Source: Tetramitus jugosus
Taxonomy: Eukaryota; Protista; Heterolobosea
DNA: 64,000 nucleotides
Direction: 5' to 3'
Assembly: GCA_937625935.1 (NCBI GenBank)
Contig: OW569381.1
Span: forward strand, 1-64,000
A program made the translations under genes and the position numbers. The notes below the pieces were generated by a model. It was not told the DNA's origin and made no database searches. It saw only the letters and a list, made by a program, of their open reading frames with translations. How positions within the stretch are numbered: position 1 is the stretch's first letter; every line of letters begins with the position of its first letter. Shown one piece after another: positions 42,143 to 52,589 of this stretch.

Positions 42143-44112
42143 ACGATGGATTCAGCAAAATTTCCAACGCTAGGTGCGATACCAACTGTCTTCTTGTCAG
42201 GATAGTTATGGTACTTACCACCTCTTCTAAATTCCACTAATACCTTTTCCATGTTCTCAACCCATGCAGAGAGCGTTATACGTGTCTGTTCAACTGCCAA
42301 CTGTGTAACCACACTGTTTCTGAAACGAGGCATTTGATGTTCTACATATTGTTTGTCGAAGATGTGAACATCATTCGCCAGTACAAACTGTTTGAGTTTA
42401 TCTGCATTGCTAATTATGTTTTTCATTTCGTCCACCACAGGTATTAATGCTGGATAGAACCCAAATGCTTCTTTCTTCGCCTGCAATAGTTGTAGATATG
42501 GTTTTAAAATTTTGATCACTTCAAGTGTATTCACCCAGAGACCAGTAATGTGTTCACTACAAGCGAGCATTGATTTAACTTCTAATGTCTCTTTCTTAGG
42601 AAGTGTTTCACTTGCCCTTTCAAATAACTCGAGTAGCTCAAAACTGTCTCTCAAAACATCAATCAACTCAAATAATTCTTTCATGTCATTCATATTCTGA
42701 TAAAACCTCACAGTAATCTCTTTTGTGAAGTGGAATATCTTTCCAGTAGTCAGTTGCATAGCTCCTTTCAAGAATTTGCTGGATCTGTAGACATTAATTA
42801 CTGTTCTACAGAGCTTATAGCCAGGATCATGGCGCACTGTGCCATCTTTCGCTCGCATTGCACTAGCTGCTTCCACAGCAGTGTTGCCTAGGTGAGCAGC
42901 ACAGTATACTGAAACAACTCCAGACTTTCCATGCTTATTAACATACTCATCTAACTTTGCACCAAGCAATTGCTCTACAATAAATCTGTCACTCATCTTA
43001 GCAACTATTCGCAGTAGAATATCAGCTTCATCATCTGAGATATCCTTATTGAGTATTCGACTTGCTGCTGCGTAGTACTCCTTTGTAACAAGGAGACTAT
43101 TAAATTTACAATCCACTGTTTTCTCGCGTACTCGCGATATATCTGCTACATGATTCACAGTTTTATCATCAACAAGGGCTACTAATCCTACTACTTGATT
43201 AGCTCTGAACATTCGACTGAAATCGTCGATAATAGCTGCTAAATCACATCCTTTAGTTCTGTGTATAAAATACATGTCACCATAGATAGCGTATCTGTGT
43301 ATTATAATTATATATTGCTCTAGAGAGGGAAGGCTACCGATGTATTCTATTCCAAAAGTTTCAGCAACAGCTTGTAATACCCTATTAATTCTTGCAGGTA
43401 ATATCTGAGAATGTAATAATTTGGCAGCAAGGTACTCCATTCGCAACGACAAGGCGCCCATGCCCTTTGATGTATTGTTCTCTCTTACTTTGAAAGTAAG
43501 CTTATTATTCTTGAACTCCAAGTTTGATACAGTCTTAATACAATCTTCTGTTGAGGGCTCGTCACACTGAATCGCGATGTCTCGGTGTTCTAGTTTGCTG
43601 GTAGCAATGTTCCCGTTCAAGAATTTGCATGTAGCACACTCATATTCTTTAGTATTATATGAATCGCATTCAGAATACAATTCGTGAGTATTTTTCTCTT
43701 TGTCTAGCGCTGAGTACTTCATGTATATATCACACATATCACTGATAAAATGTTCGAATGTCTTTTGACCCTTTAGTAATTTGATTTTGGAATGTAATGC
43801 TGCAGATAATTTGATATCTTTGTTTACATCTGATGTTGCTGTAGATGTAGAAGCACGTTTTGCTTTCTTAGTTTCTCTAAGTTCTTCTTCAAGAGTGATT
43901 TCACGTTGACGTTTGAGTATGCTACGACATGAACCACAGGGGTGATGACCGAGATGAGTATCGTTCATGTTCTCGTACTGGGCTAGCCACTGTGGCAACT
44001 CTTCAGCATCAATCATTTTCTGCTTCTTCAGTTGACTCTTGAGAAAGCTTTTACTGCAAGCAGGACATAAGTATTTGCCTTTTTGTTTCGATTCCTCGTT
44101 GTTCATCATCAT
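42010..44112 (-). CDS. DDE transposase with CxxH motif and N-terminal Zn-binding region
   Basis: CPAC...CGSC; candidate triad IIDDFS / MSDR / NFAESIVG with YCAAH between D2 and E; probably frameshifted near 42140 into the next ORF. Confidence 0.75.
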   Translation of the reverse strand: MMMNNEESKQKGKYLCPACSKSFLKSQLKKQKMIDAEELPQWLAQYENMNDTHLGHHPCGSCRSILKRQREITLEEELRETKKAKRASTSTATSDVNKDIKLSAALHSKIKLLKGQKTFEHFISDMCDIYMKYSALDKEKNTHELYSECDSYNTKEYECATCKFLNGNIATSKLEHRDIAIQCDEPSTEDCIKTVSNLEFKNNKLTFKVRENNTSKGMGALSLRMEYLAAKLLHSQILPARINRVLQAVAETFGIEYIGSLPSLEQYIIIIHRYAIYGDMYFIHRTKGCDLAAIIDDFSRMFRANQVVGLVALVDDKTVNHVADISRVREKTVDCKFNSLLVTKEYYAAASRILNKDISDDEADILLRIVAKMSDRFIVEQLLGAKLDEYVNKHGKSGVVSVYCAAHLGNTAVEAASAMRAKDGTVRHDPGYKLCRTVINVYRSSKFLKGAMQLTTGKIFHFTKEITVRFYQNMNDMKELFELIDVLRDSFELLELFERASETLPKKETLEVKSMLACSEHITGLWVNTLEVIKILKPYLQLLQAKKEAFGFYPALIPVVDEMKNIISNADKLKQFVLANDVHIFDKQYVEHQMPRFRNSVVTQLAVEQTRITLSAWVENMEKVLVEFRRGGKYHNYPDKKTVGIAPSVGNFAESIVGSSSVSRLKMRVILHQQHPAMVLVMTLQILNILSKFQQGTQIS

Positions 44113-44513
44113 CAAATCATCACATCATCTAATGTTTTTTTGTTGTTTTAGGCGGAGAAGTTGGTACTTCGTTAACGTGTTTCCCTACAACTCCCTACGG
44201 AATTGAACACAGAATATGTAATTTCAATGTATTTACGATCATATTTGCCTTTCAAATAGACCCGACATCACCCGTCCATTTAATAAACATATGTGTCCTT
44301 GTGACACAACATACACAGTCATTCACCCTAACATCCAATCATCTTCTTCTTTCAGCAACGAATGCTAACATGTACAACGTACTTAATCTGAATCAATCAC
44401 ACAGGAGTGTGCTCACTGATAGAAACTATAATCTTAATGAAAAAAAATAAAGCGTTATGAATGATGTTGACACCTCACAAAAAACAACAGAACCCAGACA
44501 AAAAGCATAAAAA

Positions 44514-44898
44514 AATTTTTTTTTAAATACAACCATTTCGGTTGCTCTTTTTATTGTCTTGCTTATTCACTTGCCTACGCTCGAAGAGAGTAGGCCCTGG
44601 TTAGTTACCAGTTGGTAGGCAATGATTCTCGGAGAGCGTCATTGCCGTTGATTACATTTATCCTTCGTTGTAGTGAACAGGTGGTGGAGAGTCTTAAGAC
44701 ATCTCCTCTTGACACTATTCACATATGTTTTGGCTTTCTTCTGTGCCAGATGAAGAAGTCTCCAGACACCCTCAGCGACCTCCATGATGGCGTCCGTTTC
44801 TATGCCCATCATTCCTTGCAGCAGTTCACGGCTAGACTTTTTGATTGGTTGCCTCACAACCTTTCCTTCCTTCAGTCGCACCTCATCAAAACCAAACT
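44514..44898 (-). mobile_element. Retroposon-like insert A (385 bp, 5'-truncated non-LTR-like)
   Basis: 16 bp direct repeat ACAAAAAGCATAAAAA at 44498-44513 and 44899-44914; T9 at 44516-44524 is an A-tail on the minus strand; shares terminus and hairpins with insert B. Confidence 0.75.
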
Positions 44899-44920
44899 AC
44901 AAAAAGCATAAAAACATACA

Positions 44921-44976
44921 TTTTTTTTTCCATACAACAGTTGTTGCCACTTTATGACATCTCCTCTTGCGACGAA
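44921..44976 (-). mobile_element. Retroposon-like insert C (short, related to A)
   Basis: Direct repeat AAAAACATACATTTTT at 44910-44925 and 45202-45217 brackets C+B; T9 tail; ATACAAC terminus; GACATCTCCTCTTG identical to 44698-44711. Confidence 0.6.
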
Positions 44977-44981
44977 AAAAA

Positions 44982-45193
44982 TTTGTGTTTTTTTTTTTTA
45001 ATACAACCATTTCGGTTGCTCCGATTTTATTTTCTGACTATTTACACTGGATAACGCTCGAAGAGCGTTATCTCCTCCGTTACTTTTCATTTCTCACAAT
45101 GACGCTCGTAGAGCGTCATTGTTATGTGTCTTCCTTGTGGGAGATGAATAGGCGATGAAGGGTGTCGACGCACCTCCTCTTCACCCTGTTCAC
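44982..45193 (-). mobile_element. Retroposon-like insert B (212 bp)
   Basis: 13 bp direct repeat GCGACGAAAAAAA at 44969-44981 and 45194-45206; T12 tail at 44988-44999; ATACAACCATTTCGGTTGCTC identical to insert A. Confidence 0.75.
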
Positions 45194-45244
45194 GCGACGA
45201 AAAAAACATACATTTTTGCTAATTTATTATTTTTCAAGATATGA

Positions 45245-45341
45245 TCCCATATAGTCTAGCTGGTTAGGATATCCGGCTTTCACTTCCAAGCTGAAATGCA
45301 AAAGTCCCCGGAAGACCCGGGTTCGAGTCCCGGTATGGGAG
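45245..45341 (+). tRNA. tRNA-Glu(TTC) with 24 nt intron (45283-45306)
   Basis: Acceptor stem TCCCATA/TATGGGA, A-box TAGTCTAGCTGG, anticodon stem TCCGG/CCGGA with CT-TTC-A, B-box GGTTCGAGTCC, TTTT downstream; intron at canonical 37/38. Confidence 0.95.
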
Positions 45342-45406
45342 ATCTTTTAAGTTTTGCTTTTGGCTTTACGGGAGTTAGTTGAATTGAGCACCTGAAAACC
45401 AAAGCA

Positions 45407-48117
45407 ATGATCAGTCTACAAAACATTGTGAGCAAGGACGATGATGAGTTCGACAAGAAGCCCCTAATTAAATGGCAATCCATGACAAAGAGTGAAAGAC
45501 TTCGGTGTGTTTACGATGCTTATGACACCATTCACAAGAGCATGAAACAGAGTGTCGAAGACAAAGAGCTGGAAAAGGCAAAGTACATTACTTCGTTTAT
45601 TCCCAATTTGTACCGTTCCAACACGATCAAAGAGGACTTGGTTCTGGAAACAGTTGAACACTTTAGGCAACAATATGTTCACTTGTTTCCAAAGAGAAAT
45701 GAATTGTTGCTATCTCCTGTTAATGAAGTTGGAGTTCATGTAAGTCTACATTTTGTCTTGTTTTTGATGTACGTCACTGGTTGGTGATGGTGTCTATCAT
45801 TCACTAACACTCGTGAAAAACACAGAAATTTATCAGCACATATGTGAAGCCCACTGAATTGAACTTCACTGAACTGTATTACTGGGACTCCTTAGCTCGT
45901 TTTATGTCCGATTACATCACGTACGAGCCGCTTGAGAACTTTGACCAACTCCCGGGTGTGATCGTTAGTCCCACCACGACCTTGCATTGGCAGAAAGGAG
46001 ATTCGTTCGACCTATGTCAATTGTTCGTGTCTCTATTGGTAGGAGTGGGTTATGATGCCTATTGCGTGTCAGGAAGAGCATTCAAACAAATTACCACAAA
46101 CAATCAATCAATTAGAAATTGTCCTTTAGTTATTGAGCCAGAGGAGAAGCCCAAGGTAGAGGAGCGCTTGGAATTTAAACCTAGCAAGTACAAGCTGAAA
46201 CCGAGACCTAACATGAAAAGTTACTACAAACCAGAGGATTATGAAGTGAAAGACCGAGAAAAACCTGAAGAAAAGGTAGAAGTTTCAGTGGAGAGAGAGT
46301 GTTCGGATCAAGAAAAAGATATGAGATATCCTTGTGTTCATTGCTGGATACTGATCGTACCTGGCCAACGAGACATAAGAGAACCTTTCTTCATCGAACC
46401 GAGCACCGGTGAAATGATGCCGATCGAAAGTGAAGAGTATCAAAGTGTGGAAACAGTATGGAACAACGAGAACTACTGGGTAAATATGATGCCTGACCTG
46501 AAACCAAGTGAATTACTGTTCGATATGAACGACCTACAGAAATGGGAGTACATCTTTGTTCCAGACAAAACAGAAGAAGATTTAACCCGTCAGAGGGAAG
46601 AGATTACAGCCTTAGAAAGTGGAGAGATAGATGATGACATCTTAGATTTGCCTGCCTCCTGGGTTGGCAAACTGAAAATCACAAAGGTGGAACACGAGAA
46701 GAAATATCCAGGAAATGAGAAGAAGATTACGTACAAGGACTCTTCTGTTGAATTGTACGCCACTTATCACCGAAAAGATTTATGTGTTAGAAAGATAACA
46801 TTGTACGACGATCCAAGCCATACAAGAATTCGAGAGTATCACATGTTTTTCGCTCATCGGAGAGATAAGTTGACACGACGGTCTGTTTACCGGCTCAACA
46901 TGGAAGCAACTCTAACTCTATCAATGAAACCTCATGAAAGAGTGCATGAGTGGTTTGATCCAGGAAGAAGATTCGATAACAATATTGAAGGCTTGAAAGA
47001 AGTGATAGTTGAGAAAGGTAATAAGCGAGAGTTCAGATTTTATCATGACACAAGGTTGGATCGCTTACGATGCAGAATTGAACTCTACAGCCCAAAGGAT
47101 ATTTCTGTGCCTTACAAGATTATCCAATACTTTGAGGGAAGGGAAGACTTCCTCTGTTATCGCTCTGCCAGGTATGAATTGGGAGGCAAATCGAATCTAT
47201 CTGCATTCCTGAACACTGATACCATTGACATCGCCAAGAAGTTAGAAACTATGACAATTGTCAAAATGACTGAAAAGTTCAATAGAAATGACCACAAAGA
47301 TGCGAATCATGATGTAGCCAGAAGGATCTTCATCTCATCCGAAAACAAAATCCAACTGGACTACCACTACGGGAAGGGTAAGATTACTCGTTCTGTTCGC
47401 CGATATTCAGATGAAGGAGACTTCTCTACAGAGTGCGTAGATCCTTTCATGAAAATACCCTCAGTGGTCGAAACAATTGAGGAATACAATGAACTAGTTG
47501 ACGCAGAGAGAGAATGCAGATTGATGATCCAGAAGAGTCATGAAGAAATCCAGCAGATTATGAAGCGAAGAAGAAGTGAGGAAGAAAAGAATGAGCATGA
47601 AACAACAATATATGATCATATCCGAAACAGACCAACACGCGTGGAGTTGGAAGAAATGATACGAGAAGAGAAGGAACTAGAAGCAAAGAAGAATAGAAGA
47701 GATATTATAGGTCCGTTTCTTCCAATCGATGGAATCAAATCCGTTGAAGAGGCTCAGGAAGTATACATCAAGGTGATTGAAGACATGCAAGCTCAATTGC
47801 AATTGAGATCACAGATTCTTAAAGATCGGAATGCCAAACTTCAGAGCATTTACATGAGAAGAAAGGAACAACACAGGAAGAGCCAAGATGTGAATGATAC
47901 CCAAGAAGATTATGATCAATTCATGGAGGATATTGGTCTGGCGATCCAAGTGTGCTTGACAAGAATCGAAGATCAAACAGTTAAGAATGTACAGAAATGG
48001 TTAGAGGTGAGGAATGAAGTGTTGAACGATCCAAGACTGAAAATGTGGATCCCTCATCTCCAAAATCTGACAATTGTCAACCCATTTGAACGAGAGTACG
48101 GCAAAGTATCTTCTTGA
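45407..48117 (+). CDS. DRC7: Dynein regulatory complex subunit 7 (CCDC135); intron 45740-45825
   Basis: F..QY..LFP.R..LLL.P.NE.GV|KFIST..KPT.L; YEPL; SP...L.WQ.GDSFD...L.SLL.G.GYDAYCVSG; HCW; FFIEPSTG. Confidence 0.92.
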
Positions 48118-48465
48118 TTCACTTCAATCACAAGTCAGTTGAACGATTTGACAATAATGAGCCCTAGGAAAAGACTGCTGATTGATCGTTTTAGTTCAAT
48201 TATGTTTATTCGTGTAAAATAGGTAACCCCTCCTCTTATTCAATTGGTTATGTTTTTCTAGAAAACCCCACGGTCCCCAATTGATGCCTGTTTGACTTGG
48301 CGAACGTTTGAGTTGATGTAACGAACTGCCATGATTATGATCGATGGCTGCCTTTCAAGTCAATGCATCAATGAATTGAATCTTGTGTTCGATTGAATCG
48401 ATATCATCTTCCCTCGATATTATTCTTATGGTACATTGTCATAAACTGTGTGTGTGTCAATAGTG

Positions 48466-49775
48466 TTACATGGCTCTTGTTTGGAAAGTGTTTGTAGGCA
48501 CTTGTCCAAGACCAACAAAGTTGAAGAAAACGCTTGCATCTTGACAAGACACTGGTGTCACTGCCTTGCACTGATTCAACAATGGTGTTGCACTAGTGGC
48601 AGTGCTATTGTTGTTGGATGCAAAAGAGACAACAGGTAGTTTGGTGTTGACAACAGGCACTGACATCATGGATGGCAATGATGTCTGTGGTGCCAGTGAA
48701 GCAAAGAGAGACGGATTGAACAGTGCAGCGTGAGACACACTTGTTGGAAGGGACAAGGCAGATGGTTTGCTGTTGCTTGTCACTCCCTGATGATGATGTT
48801 GTTCAAAATCGTTTCTTGATCTCTTCTTTGTTGCATCATTGGATGATTTTTTCTTTTGTTGATTCACACCAACAGCAGCACCAACAGCACCAGTAGTAGT
48901 CACACTAGTAGTAGTAGTAGTAGTAGCACCAGTAGTGGCAGTCGTAGTAGCAGCACCATTGTTCTTTGCCTTGTTTGCCTTCTTGTAACGATACAAATCA
49001 GCAAAGTAGTGGTAGTGACAGACCTTGTTGAACGATTTTTGAATGAACTCTGGCTTAAAATCGTCTTCACTCAGACATCTCAAGCTGAATCGAAGTCTGT
49101 TGGTGACTGGATTGTCGCAACCCTTGATGCAGCACTCTACTTGACCAGCAGCACATCCATGCTGTTGTTGATGCTGTTGAATGACAGCAGAGGCAACAGC
49201 AGAGGAGTGAACTCCGTTGCTTGATGATCGTCTTGATCGACTATTGTTGGTGGTGGTGGTGGCACCACTGTTCGCTCTTGGTCTTCCCACACTGTTGTTG
49301 TTTCTGGTTGACTTAACAGCAGAGACAACAGCAGCAGTAGCAACAGCAGGATGAACAGCTGACAGTGGCAAAACAGTAGTCATTGTGGTGGTGGTAGAGC
49401 TACTGCTGCTGCTGATCATCATGGTGGTGGAAGAGTCTTGAGTGAACTCTGATGGATGAATGTGGTCCTTTGGAGTCATAATGTCATCCACAGAGACAGC
49501 ACCTACGACAGCAACACTAGTGTCCAAGCTGAGCTTTCTCTTCTTGAGAACCTTGTTGTCTTCACAGTTGTGAGAGCTACCAGTAGTAGTAGTAATTGGA
49601 ACATTGAAGCCAACTGTTTCACCTTGTTCAAGCTTCTTCTCAATGTCCATTCTAACCTTGGACAAAATCATTTGCTCTACGGGAAGAGATGGCGCCAAAA
49701 AGAGAGTCAGTTAACTGCACATTTGTAAAAAAATTTTGGAGGGAAAATCATATGTGACATACTCTTTGAGATCAT
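48466..49775 (-). CDS. Low-complexity protein with small Cys/His domain (putative regulator); probable intron 49677-49762
   Basis: CCIKGC...KVCHYHY core flanked by Thr/Ser/Ala/Gln tracts and basic NLS-like patches; the GTATGT..TAG intron joins MISK to the long ORF. Confidence 0.7.
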
Positions 49776-50650
49776 TTTTCGAGAGATAATTTAAAAGTGT
49801 AGTAATCGTAGTTGTTGTTGTTGTGTTGTTGTTGATGATGTAGTAGTTATCTTACAGTGGTGATGGTAGTGATCTTGCTCGTTACTATGGGTTATTTACA
49901 AGTAGTAGCAGTTGGTTGATTCTCAAAAAAAAAGCAGTCAAAATTTGGTGGTTAAATTGTACAAGGTGAGAGAGGGATGATGAGATGAGATCTCGATTTT
50001 AAGTATTGTACAAGTGGATGATGTCTATGTGATTATCAATAGAGAGAGAGCTGATTGTTGTTTTGTGATCCTGTTGTTGTGTCTTCCTATTTGAATGTTT
50101 GTGTGAAAATTTGTTGTAGGCAGCAGAGTGTGCTTGTGTGTGTGTGAAGGGATGTTGGTTGTTCAGATGTTGATGTTGTTTGTTTGTGAAATCCTTTTTT
50201 TTGTATGTCTGTGTGTTGTTCAGGTTAGTTGATGCTCACAGTGTGAGTGAACGAAAACTACTACGTGTGTGAACAGAACTTGGTAGTCGACTAAAAATAA
50301 AGAACAAAGTGATTGATGGGGTCCCCTCCGTTGGGCGCCAATCTCCATTTACAGCGAACGGGCAAACTAAGAAAAGACTTTTACAACAAAATGGCGGCGA
50401 ATCTCCTGCACTCCCGATTTACTGACCTGATTGGTGTCTTGCATTTGACCTTGTTGCCATCAACTCCTCATGCTTGTAAGAATGAAATTAAAGTGATGGT
50501 GGAGATGCACCTTGTTACGGAGATCTGTATTGGAGGATGAAACTTGAGCGAAATTCCAGTTGCGCACAACCCCAAGTCCACCAAAAATCACAACTTTCCT
50601 TGTTCTGGATTTGTGCTCTCTGTTTTTGTTGCTAACAAAAAAACATCACA

Positions 50651-51467
50651 ATGTCAATGTCGTCTCATCTCCTGTTCCTCATCAGCAGTGCTCTACTATT
50701 GTTGCTCTGCCTTTCCTCTACCGTTCAGGCACAACAAAAAGTTCAAGTTTCTCTTTATTATGAGAGTCTATGCCCTGGATGTACGTTGATTTTTTGTCTC
50801 ACACATTTTATTTGCTCTTTTGATTGATTTGATTCACTCACTCACACACAAATGAAAACTCCATCATTGATCACACAACACAGGTCAAGAATTTATTTTG
50901 ACTCAGATCCATCCAACTCTTCAAGCAGAAGGTGTCAAGGATATTATTGATTTGCATCTTGTTGCGTATGGCAATGCCAAGGAAGTGCCATCCTCTATTC
51001 AAAATTGGTACAATTTCACATGCCAACACGGTGTTCAAGAATGTGTTGGAAATTTGTACGAAACATGTGTTATTGATTCCGTTTACGGCGGTAATGGTGT
51101 TGCCGCCTTTCCGTTCATCTACTGTGTAGAAAGAGCGCTTCATTCTGGTGCAACTTCCGATCCAGCTGTTGCCGCCTCAAAATGCGCCGCTCTCTTCCAA
51201 ATTGACTTTACAAAGGTTGATGCATGTGCCAAGGGAGCACAGGGCAATCAACTCATGCACAAGAATGCAGTGGAAACAGCAAGCTTGAATCCACCTCACA
51301 AGTATGTGCCATGGATTTTGGTCAACGGCGTTCACTCAGAGGTCATTGAAGACGCAATGACCAGTGATATGCTTGGTTATGTCTGCAAGACATATCAGGG
51401 CAATAAGCCAGCTGGTTGCAAGCAAGCACTGTCTGAGCTAAAGGACAACAAGTGTTACAGAAAGTAA
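50651..51467 (+). CDS. GILT (gamma-interferon-inducible lysosomal thiol reductase family); intron 50781-50883
   Basis: Signal peptide; YYESLCPG|C; YGNA, CQHG..EC.GN....C, YVPWI.VNG. Confidence 0.93.
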
Positions 51468-51774
51468 AATAAAGGTGTCATTCTTCTTTGATATTGCGTG
51501 TTCTTTGTATTGGTGGGAACAACATGAAGGCAAGAAGAAGCCAGATTCTAGATAATCAGGATTTTCGGAGTATCAATGGAGGGGGTACCCTGATGAAATA
51601 TTTTCATTTTTCCGTGTCAGAAAAATCGTTAATTCTCGACTTTGTCCAAAGCGTTCCAAGCTTCCTTTAAATTCTGGAAAAGCTCTCCACCCAATGACAT
51701 CCAAAACAAAACAACAACCAAAACAGCAAAACCCAGATCAGCAGATCCAACACACAGTTATCATAAGAGAAACA

Positions 51775-52194
51775 ATGGCAAGAACCAAGCAAACAGCAAG
51801 AAAGTCCACTGGTGGTAAGGCACCAAGAAAGCAATTGTCCCAAAAGGCCGCAAGAAAGTCTGCAGCAAAGACTCCATCTGCCGGTGGTTTGAAGAAGCCT
51901 CACAGATACAAGCCAGGTACAGTTGCTCTCAGAGAAATTAGAAGATATCAAAAGTCTACTGAACTCTTGATCAGAAAGGCTCCTTTCCAAAGATTGATCA
52001 GAGAAATTGCTTCTGATTACAAGACTGAATTGAGATTCCAACACTCTGCTGTCGAAGCTTTGCAAGAAGCTGCTGAAGCTTACATGGTTGGTTTGTTCGA
52101 AGACACCAACTTGTGTGCTATTCACGCAAAGAGAGTGACTATCATGCCAAAGGATGTTCAATTGGCCAGAAGAATTAGAGGTGACAGATCTTAA
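51775..52194 (+). CDS. Histone H3 (divergent tail)
   Basis: [21 protein letters not shown]...[20 protein letters not shown]...[10 protein letters not shown]. Confidence 0.98.
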   Translation: MARTKQTARKSTGGKAPRKQLSQKAARKSAAKTPSAGGLKKPHRYKPGTVALREIRRYQKSTELLIRKAPFQRLIREIASDYKTELRFQHSAVEALQEAAEAYMVGLFEDTNLCAIHAKRVTIMPKDVQLARRIRGDRS

Positions 52195-52589
52195 AGTCAT
52201 CCAAACAGCTTTTTGATCAGCAACTTACTTGTCCCTCGACACGGGTACTCCTATTTCTAACATGTTCACTACACTCTCTGTGTGAATTCGGCACTTTTTG
52301 TACAGTTGGCTTTTGAAGCTACAACACTAATTTCAAGAGTAAACACTTTTATTTTATTACGACATGCTTTGCTCTTCACTTTTGTTCTTATTTGTTTGTT
52401 GAAAATTGTTTTGGAAAATACTTCGAGAACACGTGTTACTTGTGTCCACATGTCAGAGGTACCAAGTTTTATGTGTTTTGAAGATGAAGGAAGCAACTTC
52501 ATAAAAATATCAAGATGACACTTGGAACTGTGCTTGAACTAGTTGTTTTCAGCGCTGCCAGGTTCAAAAATTAACCACCAGATCAAGTA

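Larger units (their letters stand above)
40993..44478 (-). mobile_element. TIR DNA transposon (3486 bp)
   Basis: Perfect 15 bp TIRs GTGAGGTGTCAACAT (40993-41007) and ATGTTGACACCTCAC (44464-44478); exactly six A on each flank; encloses transposase and exonuclease ORFs. Confidence 0.85.

Noticed and set aside
44580-44625. 5S rRNA-like stretch (AGGCCCTGGTTAGT)
   Set aside because: Only about 14 nt resemble the 5S internal region; there are no 5S terminal helices, and the stretch lies inside insert A and is absent from related insert B.
44573-45122. CRISPR-like palindromic repeats with unique spacers
   Set aside because: Only two hairpins per unit, repeats not identical, no cas genes, eukaryotic context; TSDs and A-tails explain the units better.
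45245-45341. tRNA-Sec or long-variable-arm tRNA (TTCA near the anticodon, 97 nt length)
   Set aside because: Stem register places TTC at 34-36 and the extra length is a canonical intron; the body is typical tRNA-Glu.
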